DNA from: Harriotta raleighana
Lineage: Eukaryota
Reading direction: 5' to 3'
Assembly (NCBI GenBank): GCA_050575255.1
Contig: JBNZDD010013573.1
Coordinates: 1,492,019-1,556,018, forward strand
DNA: 64,000 nt
Part shown: in pieces, positions 1-13,535 of the stretch
Position numbering within the stretch: position 1 is the first letter of the stretch
How the letters are laid out: every line of letters starts with the position of its first letter
Notes under the pieces: generated by a model
Seen by the model: only the letters and a program-made list of their open reading frames with translations
Database searches by the model: none
What the model was told of the DNA's origin: nothing
Translations under genes and position numbers: made by a program

Positions 1-490
1 TTCTGTGCTGTCCACTGCACCATGGACATTTTGTCCATCTGTAACCAGGGCTCCCGCTGTCTCCTCATATTCTTTCACATATCTGCTGAATTGATACCAT
101 TGACCACTCCATCATCCTCTGCCACTTCTCCTCCACCTCAACATCTATGGATCGGTCCTTGTCTGATTTAGATTCCACCTTTCAAACTGTCTCCACAAAT
201 GGCTTCTCCTCCATCCCCTACACTGTCTCTTATGGGGCTCCGTCCTTGGCCCTCTCCTCTTCAACATGTTCTTTCATGGTCCCATTATCTGTAGACATAG
301 AGTCAACTTCCACATGTATACGGATGACACGCAACTATATCTCTCTGCTCCACCCTTGACTCAGGACAACTGCTCTCCTGACAGAATTACTGTGAGAGAC
401 CATCCATGGATGCACTCTACATCTAACCCAGCATGTCTGGAATCTTGGCATCATGTCCTACCGACATGAAGGGCGTTCTATAAATGTAAT
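1..490 (+). mobile_element. L2-clade LINE ORF2 fragment (RT)
   Basis: [10 protein letters not shown] motif (ORF 266..469), followed by an L2-type tail gggcgttctataaatgtaa. Confidence 0.8.
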
Positions 491-509
491 TTTGTTGGTG
501 TGATTTGAC

Positions 510-1210
510 TCTCAACTATCCTTTCTATCCCATATCCATACCGCGACCTGCTCTACCTTCCCCCACCTCCACAACATCACCCAGCTCTGCCCCCGCCTTC
601 CCTTTCAGGCTACCGAAACCCTCATCCACATAATCATCACATCAGGGCTCAACTACGCAAACACCCTGCTTGTCAGTCTTTCCAACTTTTCTCTCCAAAA
701 GCATCCATGAAGCCCATGTCCACTCCCACACCAGGCTATGGGATCCTATCACCTCCACCCTCATCAGGTTTCACTAGCTTCCCATCCCTCAGAGAATAGA
801 TTTTTAAATCATCGTCCTTGCCTTCAAATCTGTCCACAGCCATGCTTCTTCCTACCTCTGTGACCTGCTAACACCATATGAACCTGTCCACTCCCTGTTC
901 CACATCCCCTGCCTGGGCCGCTCCACCATTGGCTGGGACTTCAGCTTCTCTGCTCCCACACTTTGGAACTCCACCCCCCTTTCTTTTCACCTTGCTCCCT
1001 TCCTTGCCACCTTCAATGCGTTTCTGAAGATATGCCTTGAAAGTAGCAAGTCTCAAGCATATTTCAATGCTCTTTGACCTCGTTTTTGGCAGCCTCCAAC
1101 TCCTATCCTGTCGAACCCTGCCTGATAGTCAAATTCCTGACTGTCCTGCATCTTGGAAATTCCTCCTGAAGTGAAAGCCGCTATACAAACATTATTTGTT
1201 GTTGGTCTTG
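510..1210 (+). mobile_element. L2-clade LINE 3' fragment
   Basis: Decayed ETLIH..SRLNY.N..L, RIDFK and AP.LWNS motifs; tail ccgctatacaaac plus (ttg)n. Confidence 0.75.
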
Positions 1211-1214
1211 TTGT

Positions 1215-1945
1215 GAGTCAGTTTAGCAGATTGTTGCTTCTGAGACAGATGTTGTGGATCGCGGCTCCATGCCAGGACTTGGAATCACATATTCTCAGAT
1301 AATGCTCTAACGCAGTGGTTTCCAAACTGTGGGGAGCGCCTCCCTTGGGGAGGTGCGTACCATTGGCTGGTGGGGGGCGCAGAGGGTTAGAGTCTCGAGC
1401 CTTCGAGTGCGTGTGGAGCCGAGGAGCTGAGTGTTTGGAGCCGAAGACCCGAGTATGTGAAGCCGAGTGTGAAGGAAGGGAATGCAACAAAAACTTTGCT
1501 GAGTTAGGGGGGGCGCTGCTATTTAAAGTTTGGAAGCCTCTGCTCTAATGCAGTGCTGGGGATGAAATGCATTGCTGGAAGTGCCATCCTTTGGATGAGA
1601 CATCAAACTGACGTCCCATCTGCTTGTTAAACATCTCATGGCACTAATCAAAATGGGAAGTTGAGCTACATCTAGTATCCTGTCCAATAAATCACCCAAA
1701 TTAATTTGGTTTCATGGCTATTTGTGGGATATTGCTGTGCGCAATTGTGGAACATTGCTCCAGTGTCTTGGGACGTTCTCCGACGCTAGACAAATGTAAT
1801 TTATTGTTCTTGTCACATTTCACCAACAAAATATAAAGTCAATTCCACTTTTCCATATGTCCCGTGAAACGCTTTGCGATGTCTCAACAATATGATAAGG
1901 CACTACATCATGTGCAATTGATTATGATATTTATTATTATTATTC
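1215..1945 (+). mobile_element. tRNA-derived SINE(s) with L2-like tail, interrupted by a hAT MITE
   Basis: cagtgctggggatgaaatgcattgctggaagtgccatcctttggatgaga core; tail gataaggcactacatca..(tta)n is shared with many copies in the window. Confidence 0.6.
1313..1542. mobile_element. hAT (Charlie-like) MITE
   Basis: TIRs cagtggtttccaaact / agtttggaagcctctg; 8-bp TSD ctctaacg (1305-1312) / ctctaatg (1543-1550). Confidence 0.85.
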
Positions 1946-2459
1946 AGTGCGGAGAGAATGTATGCAACAAATCACTTTGATTTCAACAAGGAAATCTTAC
2001 AGTGTGAGCCAGGAAAAAAACAGACATCGAAGTCTTGTTCAGTGAACAATTCAATTCTTAACTATTGTTGCTTAACTTTGCATTGTCTGAGAAATATAGC
2101 AATTTCCAGCAGTTTGTTTCCTGAAGTTAGAGTGTAATGGAAAATAACCTGGAAATACAAATAGGTCAGTGCCCTTAAGATTTATTAACTTTCTTTAAAT
2201 AATCCGAAAGCAAGGATGGTTACTTGAAAACCAGGATTTTTTTTGTGCTTCTCAATTCAATAGTCATGCATTATTGTGCGCAATTTGGCTGCCGCGTGTT
2301 CGCCCACAAATATGCAGTCAATTTTTCCTGCTTTCCTTCCCCCGACCCCTCCCCGCTGCTCTGATTCCTACTTGACTGTACAGCGCCTTGGGATGTCCTC
2401 CTGACGTGAAAGGCGCTGTATAAATGTAATTTTGATTCATTGATTATTCGCAAACTCAA

Positions 2460-3050
2460 TCATTCTACGTTTGGTTCAGTTTGCAGCACTTTTAGATCAG
2501 AAGGTTTGAAATTCAATTCTCGTTTTGGGAATTGAGCTCATAGTCTGATACTCCAGTGCAGTACAAGGAAAGCAATGTATTGTTGCAAATGTCTTAATTC
2601 AAACAAGATATCAAACCAAAGGTTCTGTTTCCCTTTTCTTTTAAACATCCCAAAATGTGATAAGTAAAGTGTTAGAACGTTTTTGGCCCAAAAGTCTCCA
2701 AATTAGTTGGTCATTCATTTCATGGCTGCTTATGGGATCTGCTTTGAGAAAATTAGTTGCTATGATTGCTACAAATATAAAATCATTGTACCTAATACTT
2801 GTGAAGTGTTTTGAAATATTTGAACATTATGAGTGCTAAATGTTTTTCTATGCATTATGATGAAAGCTGCTGGTTAGATGTTGCGCAGGAACAGATAATA
2901 ATAATCCTTGCATTTGATATAGCAGCTCATCACATCTTTGAGATGTCTGAAAATGCTTTACAGAATATATTCTATATACTGTACTGTGAATTGACTGTAT
3001 GTGTGTGGGCTAATCTCGACAGCGCATAGCAGTGTTCCTCAAACAGTTGT
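2460..3050. mobile_element. tRNA-SINE copies (one +, one - tail fragment)
   Basis: Head-like ttagatcagaaggtttgaaattcaattctc at ~2490; minus-strand tail ataataatccttgcatttgatatagc at ~2895. Confidence 0.55.
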
Positions 3051-3699
3051 GGATTTAAGTGACCAATTTATTATTGTACAGTACTAAACTCCACTGATGT
3101 GTTGTCAAATAAATGTTGAACTGTTGAATTCCTTGTCACAGTATCCCTGGAAAGAAACTGTGTTATCCATGTAATCATGGACCAATTCCTGACATTTCAT
3201 TCATGACTTGCTGAGCTTTTTATTAACCATGTTGAAGACCGAGGGACATGATGTATAACCATTTCATTTCTTTCACAAGAAAATATTATTTGACAATTTT
3301 TTTTGTGTGAGAGATTAACAGAGGCATCTACAGATACAGTGTACTTATTTTGTATTTACTTTTAGTTTGTGATGCTCAATCAACAAATATTGGAATCTAA
3401 ACATTTTATTTTATTCCTCTATCTGAAGTCTACATTTAATATACAGATTAAAAAATTACATTAAATAATAGTGCAGGTATAATAATAATAGTCCTTGCAT
3501 TTGATACAGCGCTTTATAATATCTTCAAGATGTCTCAAAGCACTTCACAGAATATATTGGAAAGTGAATTGTATATGTTTGGGGCAAAACACAGCAGCAA
3601 CTAATTGTGCACATCAGTGTCCTACAAATGATCTTGGAATGATGTGACAAATTTATAATTTTGTATGAAAGATTTATAACCTCCCCGGAAAAGTGATCA

Positions 3700-4350
3700 G
3701 CCAATAGACCCACTCCACATTCCCCCACCTCCGCCACATTACCCGACTTCACCACTACATCACTCTTCAGGCCACTGAAACTCTCGTTAATGCTTTTAGC
3801 ATGTCCAGGCTCAACTATGCTAATGCCCTGCTTGTCTGCCTCCCAACTCCTCCCTCCATCGACTGCAGGTCATCCAGAACTCTGCAGCCCACGTATTCTC
3901 CCATACCAAGCTCAATGACTCTATCAACCCCATTCTCTCCATCATTCAGAGGATTCAATTCAAGATCCTGATCCTCACCTATAAAGCCCTCCATGACTTT
4001 GTCCCACCCAATTTCTGTGACCTCCTAAAGCCCCTACCAACCTGTCAGCTCCCTGCACTCAGTGGGCTCCGGTCTGCTCCATGTACCCTGATACACCCGA
4101 CCCACTAGCACCCGAAACCTTTGATTTTCCATCCCGCAATCCATCTGCCTCGCCCCTCTCGAGCTTTCTTCAAGTCCTGCTTCAAGGCCCTCCTCTTCGA
4201 CCATATCTTTGGTCACCCCCTTCCCCTCCCTTCCCTCCACCCTCCCAATCACCAGCTCAGGATTTAAACACTGATTGTCCAGCGCCTTGGGACGTCCTTC
4301 CGACATGAAAGGTGCCATATAAATATAATTATGTTGTTGTTATTGTTGTT
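3700..4350 (+). mobile_element. L2-clade LINE 3' fragment
   Basis: ETLVNAF..SRLNYANALL, LQVIQNSAA, RIQFKILILTYKALH; tail ggtgccatataaat(gtt)n. Confidence 0.85.
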
Positions 4351-4929
4351 CACTGCATCTCCCCACCCCCCCCAACACACACATTAATTGAATATCTTGA
4401 AATATGGAGGTCAAAATTGAATGTTTTCACATTTTGTTTCAAAACTCCATTTTGTTCACATTAACTACTCTGGAATACTGTCTTGTGATTTCAGTAACCA
4501 ATAAGGTTTTTAGCCAGTTAACTTTAAACCAAATAGATTGCTCTATTTTTCGTAACAGGAAAAAGCATATTATTGTAAGCTAAAATTAAACATTAAAGCT
4601 AAGAACGAAAACCACAGGTTTAAATATTACATGACAGCATTTCAAATAAGAATCACAAAATACCAGAATACTAGCGAGGCAGCATGTGCTAGAGGATCAA
4701 ATCATGCGAACAGCATTTACATCTAGGTATGGGAGCTCGATCCCCGTTCCACCAAGTAACCACATGAAAAATTGAGACAACTGTGTGAATGGGTTCAAGT
4801 CTGGGATAAATTAACGAAAATGTTAAGCCAGCAATACGTCACAATAAAGTCAAGGCAAATTATCATATGGTTAGGAACACAGAAACATAGGACCAAAGGA
4901 ACAGGACTAGGCCATTCAGAATTCATCTG

Positions 4930-5270
4930 AACTAAACTTTGCTCCCCGATTACCCCAGTCTTCGCTAGACTTCACTGGCTCTGTCACAGAGTGGATTGAC
5001 TTCAAAATCCTCGTGTTTAAATCCCTCCATTCCTCTGCATCTCCTATCTCTCTAACCTTCTCTCTCTCTCTCCTCACAGCAGTACCTGCTGCCTCCGCTC
5101 TACTGGGTTTGGCCTCCTTCTTGTCCCCGGAATCCCCCACTCCACCATTGGCGGCCGTGCTTTCAGTCACCACACTCCAAAACCCTGGAATTCCCTCTCT
5201 CAATCCCTCCACCTCACCCCCTCCTTTTCCATTTTCAGGTGAAGACCTTTCTGTTCGACCCCACGTATCA
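4930..5270 (+). mobile_element. L2-clade LINE 3' fragment
   Basis: cttcactggctc..attgacttcaaaatcctc..gaagacctttctgttcgacc, similar to 25065-25860. Confidence 0.8.
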
Positions 5271-5790
5271 ACCTCACTATTGAATGTGTGGATGGATCCA
5301 GCATCCACAAACATTTGAGGGAGAAAATTCCAGATTTCTACCACCCTTTGAGTGAAAAAATGCTGTCTGATTTAATTCTTAAATGGCCTGGTTCTAATGT
5401 TAAGACTCTGTCCCCTTGTTTTGGATTCCCCCACCAGAGGAAATAGCTTCTCTATCTACCCTACCAAACCCCTTTATCATCTTAAATATCTCAATTGAAT
5501 CACCCTTGAACCTTTTAAACTCATGGGAATAAATCCAAGTTTACACAGCCTTTCCTCGTAAATTAATCTTTTTAGGCCTAGTAACATCCTGGTGAACCTG
5601 CGCTGCACTCCCTCCAGAGCCAATAAATCTTTCCTGAGGTGTGGTACCCATAATTGAATGCAATACTCCAGGTGGTGTCTGAGTAGCGCTCTATATAGTT
5701 GAAGCATAATATCTTCCTGTTTGTATTCCAGGCCCTTCGAGATAAAGACCAACATTCCCTTTGCCTTTTTCATTACAATTATTTTCACAT
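5270..5790 (-). mobile_element. CR1-clade LINE 3' fragment
   Basis: ORF 5477..5788: LYRALLRHHLEYCIQLW.PHLRKD..LEGVQRRFTRM, the typical CR1 ORF2 C-terminus. Confidence 0.9.
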
Positions 5791-5924
5791 TTGAAAATCT
5801 GTCTCCCTAGCAGCAACTGTATTTAAAATGTTTAGTTAGTAACTGCACACAATCAAGCTATTTTCCCAGGTAGATTATGTAGAATGGTATTTGTTATTTC
5901 AAAAAAATAAACTCAATAAATCTT

Positions 5925-6530
5925 CCAGTGGCTCAGTTAAAAATTTAACTGTTGTGGTGCGAAACTAATCCATTCAGACATAGAAATTGCTGAGCCTGAT
6001 ATTACCAGTCTTTGCTGGATTAGTTTGTCTGAGTCAGGGTAAAATCCCAGTTTCAGGTCACAGCTGAAGACCTTTCTCTTTGACCGCGGTTTTGGTCATC
6101 TTTCTGTCTCTGCCCCTAGCTCGGTCCCGGGATCCGCTATTGTGAAATGCTCTGAGACGCCGTCCGGCATGGAGGGCGCTATACAAATCAATGTTGTTGT
6201 TGTTGTTGTAAAATAGGGTTCTGAATCCAGATTATTGNCCGTCCGGCATGGAGGGCGCTATACAAATCAATGTTGTTGTTGTTGTTGTAAAATAGGGTTC
6301 TGAATCCAGATTATTGCTAGTGACTTCTACTGGTAAATGCTGGTGTGCAATAGGATTTAGGTGAGAATCCATTTTGCCGCCCAAAATGAAATAGGTTTCC
6401 AACGCTCACGATTCCAACAACAAAATTATATTTGTTACAAGCTGACATACAATAATTCACAGTCAGGACAACTATTACAGTGTAGGGGCATCCAAACTCA
6501 AGTCAGTCTCTTAAGCAGAGGAATGACAAT
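5925..6530 (+). mobile_element. Older tRNA-SINE-like family copy, interrupted by an L2 tail (6048-6290)
   Basis: cagtggctcagtt head; body is the reverse complement of similar tracts near 29200-29330, 53840-53935 and 57160-57310. Confidence 0.45.
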
Positions 6531-7519
6531 GTAAATGGCTGACTGAGAATTTAAATATAAATCTTAACATTTGAATAATAAAACGGCTTCCAGGAAAAAT
6601 AAACTATTGAATGCTGCACTGAAAATACTGTAGGTATATGCAGTTTGACGACTGGTGCTATCAATGACAAAGTGAAGCAGCCAATGAAAACAATTTACTG
6701 TACTTTGGAAAATCAGGCACAAACATGCTGTTAATAGCTGGCTGAAGCTAATACATTGTCAGCACAAATGCCTTATAATGAACTCCTGACCACAGCAAAG
6801 AGTTTGCTATTCAGGAAACCAGAAGACAGAAAACTTCAGCACAAAGTACTCGGCGAGGGTCTTAAAGACAAGTTGCCCCAGAAAAAATAACTGTTGAGAG
6901 ATTATTTTGACCAAATGGATGATCGATAATTCCAAGTTGAATAAAATAATAATCCTTGCATTTGATACAGAGCCTTTCACTTTGGGAAGACTTTTCAAAT
7001 AACTTCATATGGAGTAAAGTTTATTTTCTAATCACATTTTGGGTTGTTTAGCATTCAGAGACAAAAAGTGGAATCAAAGAGTAATGAACAATTCTGATGT
7101 TAAAATGTCTTGCCATAAATTTTATGTTTTGGGCTTTAAATGTTGCAGCTTTAGTCGAAAACCGTTTCTTTTTTTGTTCACTCAGCAATTGTGTCAGGGC
7201 AATTGTGTCCATCTACACATTTCCTCTGTGGTTACTGGATATCAGAATTTGAAATTGTGCTAAAACATCCTTCTGATTTTTAAAGAAAATTTTATTTATA
7301 TTGAGTGCATCGAATTTATTTCATTCCCACGATGGTTTAATGTTTTTCTATACAACTGAAACAATTTCTCTAATATTATGCAGCAGGGCAGAGAAGGAGA
7401 TTTGAATAAATTCACACAATAATTTCCCTGCTGTTTTATGGAAGATTTCTTCAGTTTCCCTGAACTTCATGAATAGAAGATAGCCAGTTGCAGATCTGAA
7501 ACAACTGAGGAGGAATCTT

Positions 7520-7740
7520 AGAGCAGATAGTGGTGAGAGTATGGAACTTCATGTTGAAAAATATTGGTTGAAGTACATAGCATCAAACTATTTAAGAGGA
7601 AATGTTATACATTTATCAGAGAGAAGGAAAGAGAGGGGTACTGGCGAAGGGATTAGGTGGGGATTAAAGGCTCATGTGGGATACAAACATTGTCATGGAC
7701 TAGTTTGGCCAAGTTGCCCATTTCCGTGTTGTAGCTATGG
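7520..7740 (+). mobile_element. Old CR1 3' end
   Basis: tatttaagaggaaa..ggactagtttggccaagttgcccatttccgtgttgta resembles the CR1 tails at ~36800 and ~39520. Confidence 0.5.
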
Positions 7741-7854
7741 AATTTGTTTGCCACCCAAATAATTGTTCACTCCACTCCACAGTAAATCATGCAAAATGCT
7801 TTGACATGTTTTGGCATTGGTTCCTTGTAAAGGCTCTAGAACAGGGGTCGGTCT

Positions 7855-7868
7855 CCGCTAGATGGCAC
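7855..7868 (+). promoter_or_regulatory. CTCF-like motif
   Basis: CCGCTAGATGGCAC vs core CCASYAGRKGGCRS. Confidence 0.4.
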
Positions 7869-7989
7869 TCTTACGCATGATTAGTAGGACAAGGGAAAGG
7901 ATTGATAGAACTGTGTACAGTATTTATTTAGTCCTATTGAAAATGAAACCAGATGCAATGAAGCACAGAATTTCATGCATCTCAAAATA

Positions 7990-10150
7990 TCTTGGAATTT
8001 ACGGAAAATATTGTTCCTTTCTCTTGCTTACATTAAGCCCCGCATGAGATGCCACATAGTAGAGATCGACTGGTTGGAAACACCACATGCAAGAATCATT
8101 ATTGAACTCTATATAGATCAATTATCTTTAGAAACCAACATTTTAAAAAAATTCTGGTTTAAAATTGGAATTTGGGGAAGACTCAAGTTCATGTTCCAAA
8201 AATACTCTAGTCTGAATTCTCTCATCACCTTAGTCTTAAAATCTAATATCACAGGTGGGTTGTTTCTTTGAAGGCTGATTCAGAATTTCTTAAAAATAAC
8301 AACTCTGTCATTTTAGTTGAATCAATAATTATCAGCTGCATAATGTTGTTCAAGGATAAGTAGGAAGGAGAGGGCAAGATGATTCGGCTGTGGAAGGAGA
8401 GGGCTAGATGACTTATTCCATGTTTCATGATCTCACAAGTCCAGTTGAAGTGGAGCAGAATAGTGCAAAGCCTATAATAGGAAACCAGGTAGAAGGAATC
8501 ATTATTCCTCCTCCCTCAAGGGAAGAACATCCATTTGCTCTCTCGAAAAACTATCACTATCTTGTGCCTAGGGTGAAATCTTTTGTAATTTAGTCAAGAT
8601 TTTGTTCTGCAGTGCTGTGAGACAGCATTTGTTACTAAATCTAATTTTATCTGCATGCACAATCAGAGGATTGAAGTGGAGTTATGTTAGCAGCATGCAC
8701 ATTGATAGAGGGTGCAAGAAAAAAAAACTATTACATAGCAATCACACACCTCAGAGAGAGAAGGATAAGGATGGAGAAGAGGGATGCATTGGGAAAGAAG
8801 CCAAGGACAGTAAAATATAAGAATCTCAGTCCTGCTTTAAGACAAAGGGTCAAAGGGACACAAGGAAGCAGGGTTCTGGGCCAAAAAACCACTTGGGCTG
8901 GGAGTACTTTAGGTGTTTGAGAAAACTAGTACTGAGTTCAGTACAATGTACAACACACACACACAATCCAAGGGGAAAAGTTGGTGCCATGTTGTAGTTA
9001 ACCCTGACTAACCTCTAAGTCATTTGATTAGTCCACAATGGACTCTGCTAGATTCTACCTCATTCAAAAGACTTAATAGTTCTCATTTTGAAATGACTTT
9101 ATGTGAGGATTGATCACATCTCTTTATGCATCTGAAGAAAACTGTTGCTTTCATTGCTCGATCGATTCATAATTTCGAAGGTGCATCACATCACAAAAGA
9201 ACAAAACTAAAGTCAGAACCAATTTTCCCTGCACATAATTACAAATTCTACCATTGGTTTACACACCATCTAGTAAAGAAACGTAGTCATTCTGATAAAT
9301 ATAATTAGATGCAAGTCAAAGTCTTATGATCATCCATCAGAATGATTTGTACTCCACATACACAATGTAAAAATATTGTTTGGCCCGATGGAGTTGACCC
9401 TCGTTGATGGATAATTGAAATAGGCAGATAATTGATGTTCTACACGTTTCAATTTTTGGTTGAATTGGTTCCATTTTTGAAAGAATGAATGAAAATAGCT
9501 ATTGAAGAGCTGTAGTTGAGATTACAACTACAATGTAGTTGACATTACAACCCATTGGAAAGAAATATATGCCTCTAATTCATTGCACCAATACAAAAGA
9601 ATAGGTGATTTAATGCATTTAATGCACTTTGCCATCACTGAAAGATTATTATGCAAGTAATTTCATAGTGGAAAATTTGATGACACCAATATAATTATTT
9701 ATTAAAAATTGTAGTTGATGTAGAACTTTATTATGTGAAAATGTTTTAAAACAAAACACCGAATTTTCTGTAAAGTGTAGTGATTGTGCATTTGTAGGCA
9801 AACAAATAAAATAAAACCTGTTTTCATGTATTCCTTTACCTATGTCTATTCCTTAAGGTGGTTCATTTCTTCTAATTTACAGGTTTGCATTCTGGTGTTG
9901 CCAAGACTAAACTTTGCATTTTTAAAGAAACTCACAAACCATGCCTTAGGTTTCTTTCTGCGACTGTGACTTGCAAGAGATGTGCAGTATGGGATTATGA
10001 ATGCTGATGCATATGTTCTCAACGTGGACCTTTGTGTTCCATTGCAAATGCCTGGAGACAAGTTTACTTTCACTTGTGTTTGGTTCAATCTATTAAATAT
10101 GGCTCCAAACAATGAGACAGCAAAGAAAACTAAGTTTGTTTCCAGTTTGG
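7990..10150 (+). mobile_element. Gypsy pol relic B (PR-RT-RNaseH-INT N-terminus)
   Basis: IVEIDWL ~8056 (protease ILGxDWL), SPVE ~8438, YHYLVPRVK ~8552, FKRLN ~9064, YASNSL ~9568, LARDVQY..MNADAYVLNVDLC ~9970 (integrase Zn finger). Confidence 0.65.
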
Positions 10151-10719
10151 GTGTATGTGTATTAAGGTAGTGCACAGTCATAACTGTCGTGAAAGAGTAC
10201 TCAGGCATTTGATGTCTTAAAGTCAATGAGCTGAAGAGTGAAACAAACAATGTCAGAAGTAAAAATTGATGCATTTGAATCCATCTTTCCTGTAGTACAG
10301 TACTACTAAAAGGAAGCTATGATATTTGTAGAAATGTTGACCTTTCTCAAGCTAATAACACTATTATAGTTGATAAGTTGCCCACCATCTCTTATTGAAA
10401 ATATTCTTTGAGTGAAGAGGTTGTATAATGTACTCAGCATTAGATGTAATAAGTGCTTACAAAGCTGAAGACAGTTGAAACCATGAGAAATCATTCATTG
10501 CTCATGAATGATTGCTTTGAATCTGCCTTAATCTCCAAAGTCCTTGTTCAGCACCTGGAATTTTTCAAAAAGTAATGACAATATTATCCGTACTATGCAG
10601 GAGAATCCTCTCTGGTGATGCCATTTATATGGATTAATACGATCTCATCACATGGAGAATTTAAGTGCTGTATGTTTTTGTTGGATAATATGTAATACAA
10701 TGCAGTACTATCAATCAAT

Positions 10720-11275
10720 CAAAACTTACATTTATATTGCGCCTTTCACTTTGGGAGGACGTCCCAAGGCACTAAACAGTTAGGTAGGGATCAGAACAAG
10801 CTGGGAGGAATTGGGGTAGGGGGAAAGAGAGTAGGAGAATTGACTATATTTGTGGGCGAAATGCGGCAGCAAATTGCGCACTATCAACAACAACAAAATT
10901 ATACTCATATGGTGCCTTTCACATCGGTAGGATGTCCCAATGAGCTGGACAGTCAATCTTGCAATGTTTCAGACCCTCGGGAAGGTGGAGGGAAAAGAGG
11001 GATTTTGGGGTGACCGATGGGACCATCAAAGAGGAGGGTGTTGAGGTGGGACTTGAAGGAGGCCAGGGAGAGGGCCAGATAGAGAGACTGCGGGATGAAA
11101 TTCCAGAGGTTAGGGGCAAAGTGGCTGAAGGGTGGACCACTGATGATGGGCTGGGTGGGTCAGGGGACATGGAGCAGGGCGGAGCCTGCTGAGCGGATGA
11201 GGCGAGCAGGTTGCTAGGGGGTTAGAACGTCGCAGAGCTAAGGTGGAGTGAGGCCATGAGAGCTTTGAAGATGAT
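10720..11275 (-). mobile_element. L2 3' fragments and SINE piece inserted in relic C
   Basis: Reverse L2 tails tttatattgcgcctttcac and ggtgcctttcacatcgg, followed by a GA-rich L2 body. Confidence 0.75.
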
Positions 11276-13384
11276 CAAGTTTCAGAATAAGGATTATAAA
11301 CCAATTCAGTTCATATGATCGTATTTCCTGATGCCACAGTGCCACATACAACCAATTATGCACAGCATCCTAAGCAACAATAAGTTCTTGAACCTTTATT
11401 AAGTTATTATATGAAATATTGGAATTTTGCAAAGGTCTGATGCTACTCAAAACTTTGACAAGGCCAAAAAGAAAAACTCATGCTTCAATCTATTGGGCAC
11501 ACTGATATTTCACATTATGGACTTTTGGTGAGAAATTCTGCATGTGTGAATACTTGCCCTATTTAGGTAACATTTTAAAACATCAATGTGAATTAAATTC
11601 TGGAGACCATGTCCAAAATCTGGAAACTTGTTGAATTCAAATTGTCTTACTTCTGTGGTTCTTATAAGAAACATACAAAAAAAACTTCAACATTTTGCTT
11701 AGGGATAAGAATATTATGTTCTTAAAAAGGTCAATGCTCAAAAATGCTACATAAATACAGTATGTCCACAGATATATGGAATCTCTCCCCATTCATGTCT
11801 TTCAGACTCGTGAGCATCTCTTTTCAGATGCAGACAGCCAAATTTACGCATGTTTGGGCTCTGGAATGATTCTATATGTGGTGATGGTTGGAAAGCTTCC
11901 CATGTCTATGAATCTACAAATGTGGACATGGCTCCTTACAACAAGAAAAATATACTGTACTGCAATGAGAAATGTAAATGGTTGGATAAATTAATGCAAT
12001 TGAACTGTGATGTTCAAAACAGAGGCTTTACAGACCACTTTTGTCATTTATCTAGATTGACTCTGGAGTTTCAAGATATGCACCAGAATATGGGACAGTT
12101 GCTATTTCTTTGAGTGTCTTTGATGTTATTTCAGAGCAATAATTTTAAGATCTAGATTTTTTTCCTTTGACTTAAATGCTGCCTTTAACAGGCATTAAAA
12201 ATGACCTGTGAGTTGCAAGCTTGTGGATTTCAGTCTGTTTTTCAACCTATTTTTTAGGGTGATTACATGTGGCACTGTACTCATTGTTTGGTAGACCAGA
12301 AAGGATTCTCACATAAAAATTGCCAAAGAGTGAATTACTTGAAGACAAATAACACAAGACTAATGGGGCACAGTATGAGCAACACAGATAGTTTCTCTAC
12401 CAGAAGCTTTTTGGAAAGTGCTGCCATTCATGCAGTGGTGCCTTTTGAATTTATTTTAATGTAATATTGTTATGGAGATAAAAGCATTACATACATACAC
12501 AAACACACAACCAAATTACAACGACACAACTATATTCTTACCGCTTCTCCCAAAATAAGAATCAGAGATGGCCATCTGTATTGTTTAAAAATATTATGAT
12601 GCAATTAATAATGGATTGACTTGTAAAATAGTATAATTTTGTGGGCATATTTATGGTCCACTGCCAAATATTCATTTCCTGAGAAATAAGGAGACTATAG
12701 TGACAATGGGTGGGTGAAAGCACCTTGAAAGTAATTCAATCTATATTGCTTATCATAAAAGCCACAAGCATATCTGAAAAGGTCTTTTTTCGGGTCTATA
12801 TTTAACTGTTTCAGCAAATATCATTAAGAGTCCAAGTGGAATGTATCCAGTGTAGATTCTTTTTCCTGCTTCGAATAGCTTAAAAGTCATTTCTCCGGCT
12901 GATCCATAGGATTAGGCTTTGCTCTCAGCAAGTCAACCACAAAGGAAGTTTGTCTTTGGCCCCAATTTCCCTAGTTTATGTTGCAAAGAGTGGCTTGAAT
13001 GCAAAGGGCACTGCGAATATATCAGCAGAAGTTACATTGGAAAACAATCACCCATTCTAAACATAACATGTATTGGGAACTGTAAGATAATGAGGCTTTA
13101 CTGCATGTGTCACGGCCAATTCAATTTTGTCGGCAAAAAAATCTGTGAGCATGTATTAGAGCATGTGTTAGGGGGACGTATTAATCCCTTTAACATTTTG
13201 TCAATGCATGGCATTTCAATGCACAGTATTTCAATGCACAGCAATGCACAGCATTTCAACACCTGTCAGACTCTTGCTAATGACACACACACACACCAAT
13301 AACTGTCTGATTAGCTTTATAGTCAATTTACACCATTTTATTAAATAGATTGTGAGCAATCAGGACTGAGGTAATAAAATAATA

Positions 13385-13535
13385 TAATAATAATCCTTGC
13401 ATTTGATATAGCGCTTTTTCACATTTTATCGACGGCTCAGTGCTTCACAGAATATACTGTAAAGTAAATTGACTGTATATTTGTGGGTGAAACACGGCAG
13501 CCAATTGTGCACAGCAATGCCCCACAAACAGATAA
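13385..13535 (-). mobile_element. SINE 3' fragment
   Basis: ataataatccttgcatttgatatagcgc..cacagaatatactgtaaag..ccaattgtgcacagc. Confidence 0.8.

Larger units (their letters stand above)
1950..7200 (+). mobile_element. Gypsy pol relic A (RT-RNaseH-INT), heavily interrupted
   Basis: Collinear decayed motifs: VMENNL ~2133, TVEFL(G)HSI ~3120, LLSFL ~3208, LLLVCDA ~3355, ILHDS..RILAR ~4625-4680, P*QQL ~5805, INDKVKQPMKTI ~6660, DYFDQ..R*FQV ~6900. Confidence 0.6.

Noticed and set aside
9400-10000. gag reading upstream of relic C
   Set aside because: YASNSL and LARD..MNAD motifs fit RNaseH and integrase of a separate element (B) better
9846-10274. 142-aa minus ORF with a signal-peptide-like start
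   Set aside because: Antisense shadow of the relic B integrase frame; no recognisable family
11820-12030. TSSK-like kinase pseudogene reading (VWAL-GMILYVVMVGKLP...EKCKWL)
   Set aside because: The same DNA fits Gypsy RNaseH better (ACVWALE, TWLLTT, LSRL) and is collinear with RT upstream and integrase downstream; no kinase HRD/DFG motifs are seen
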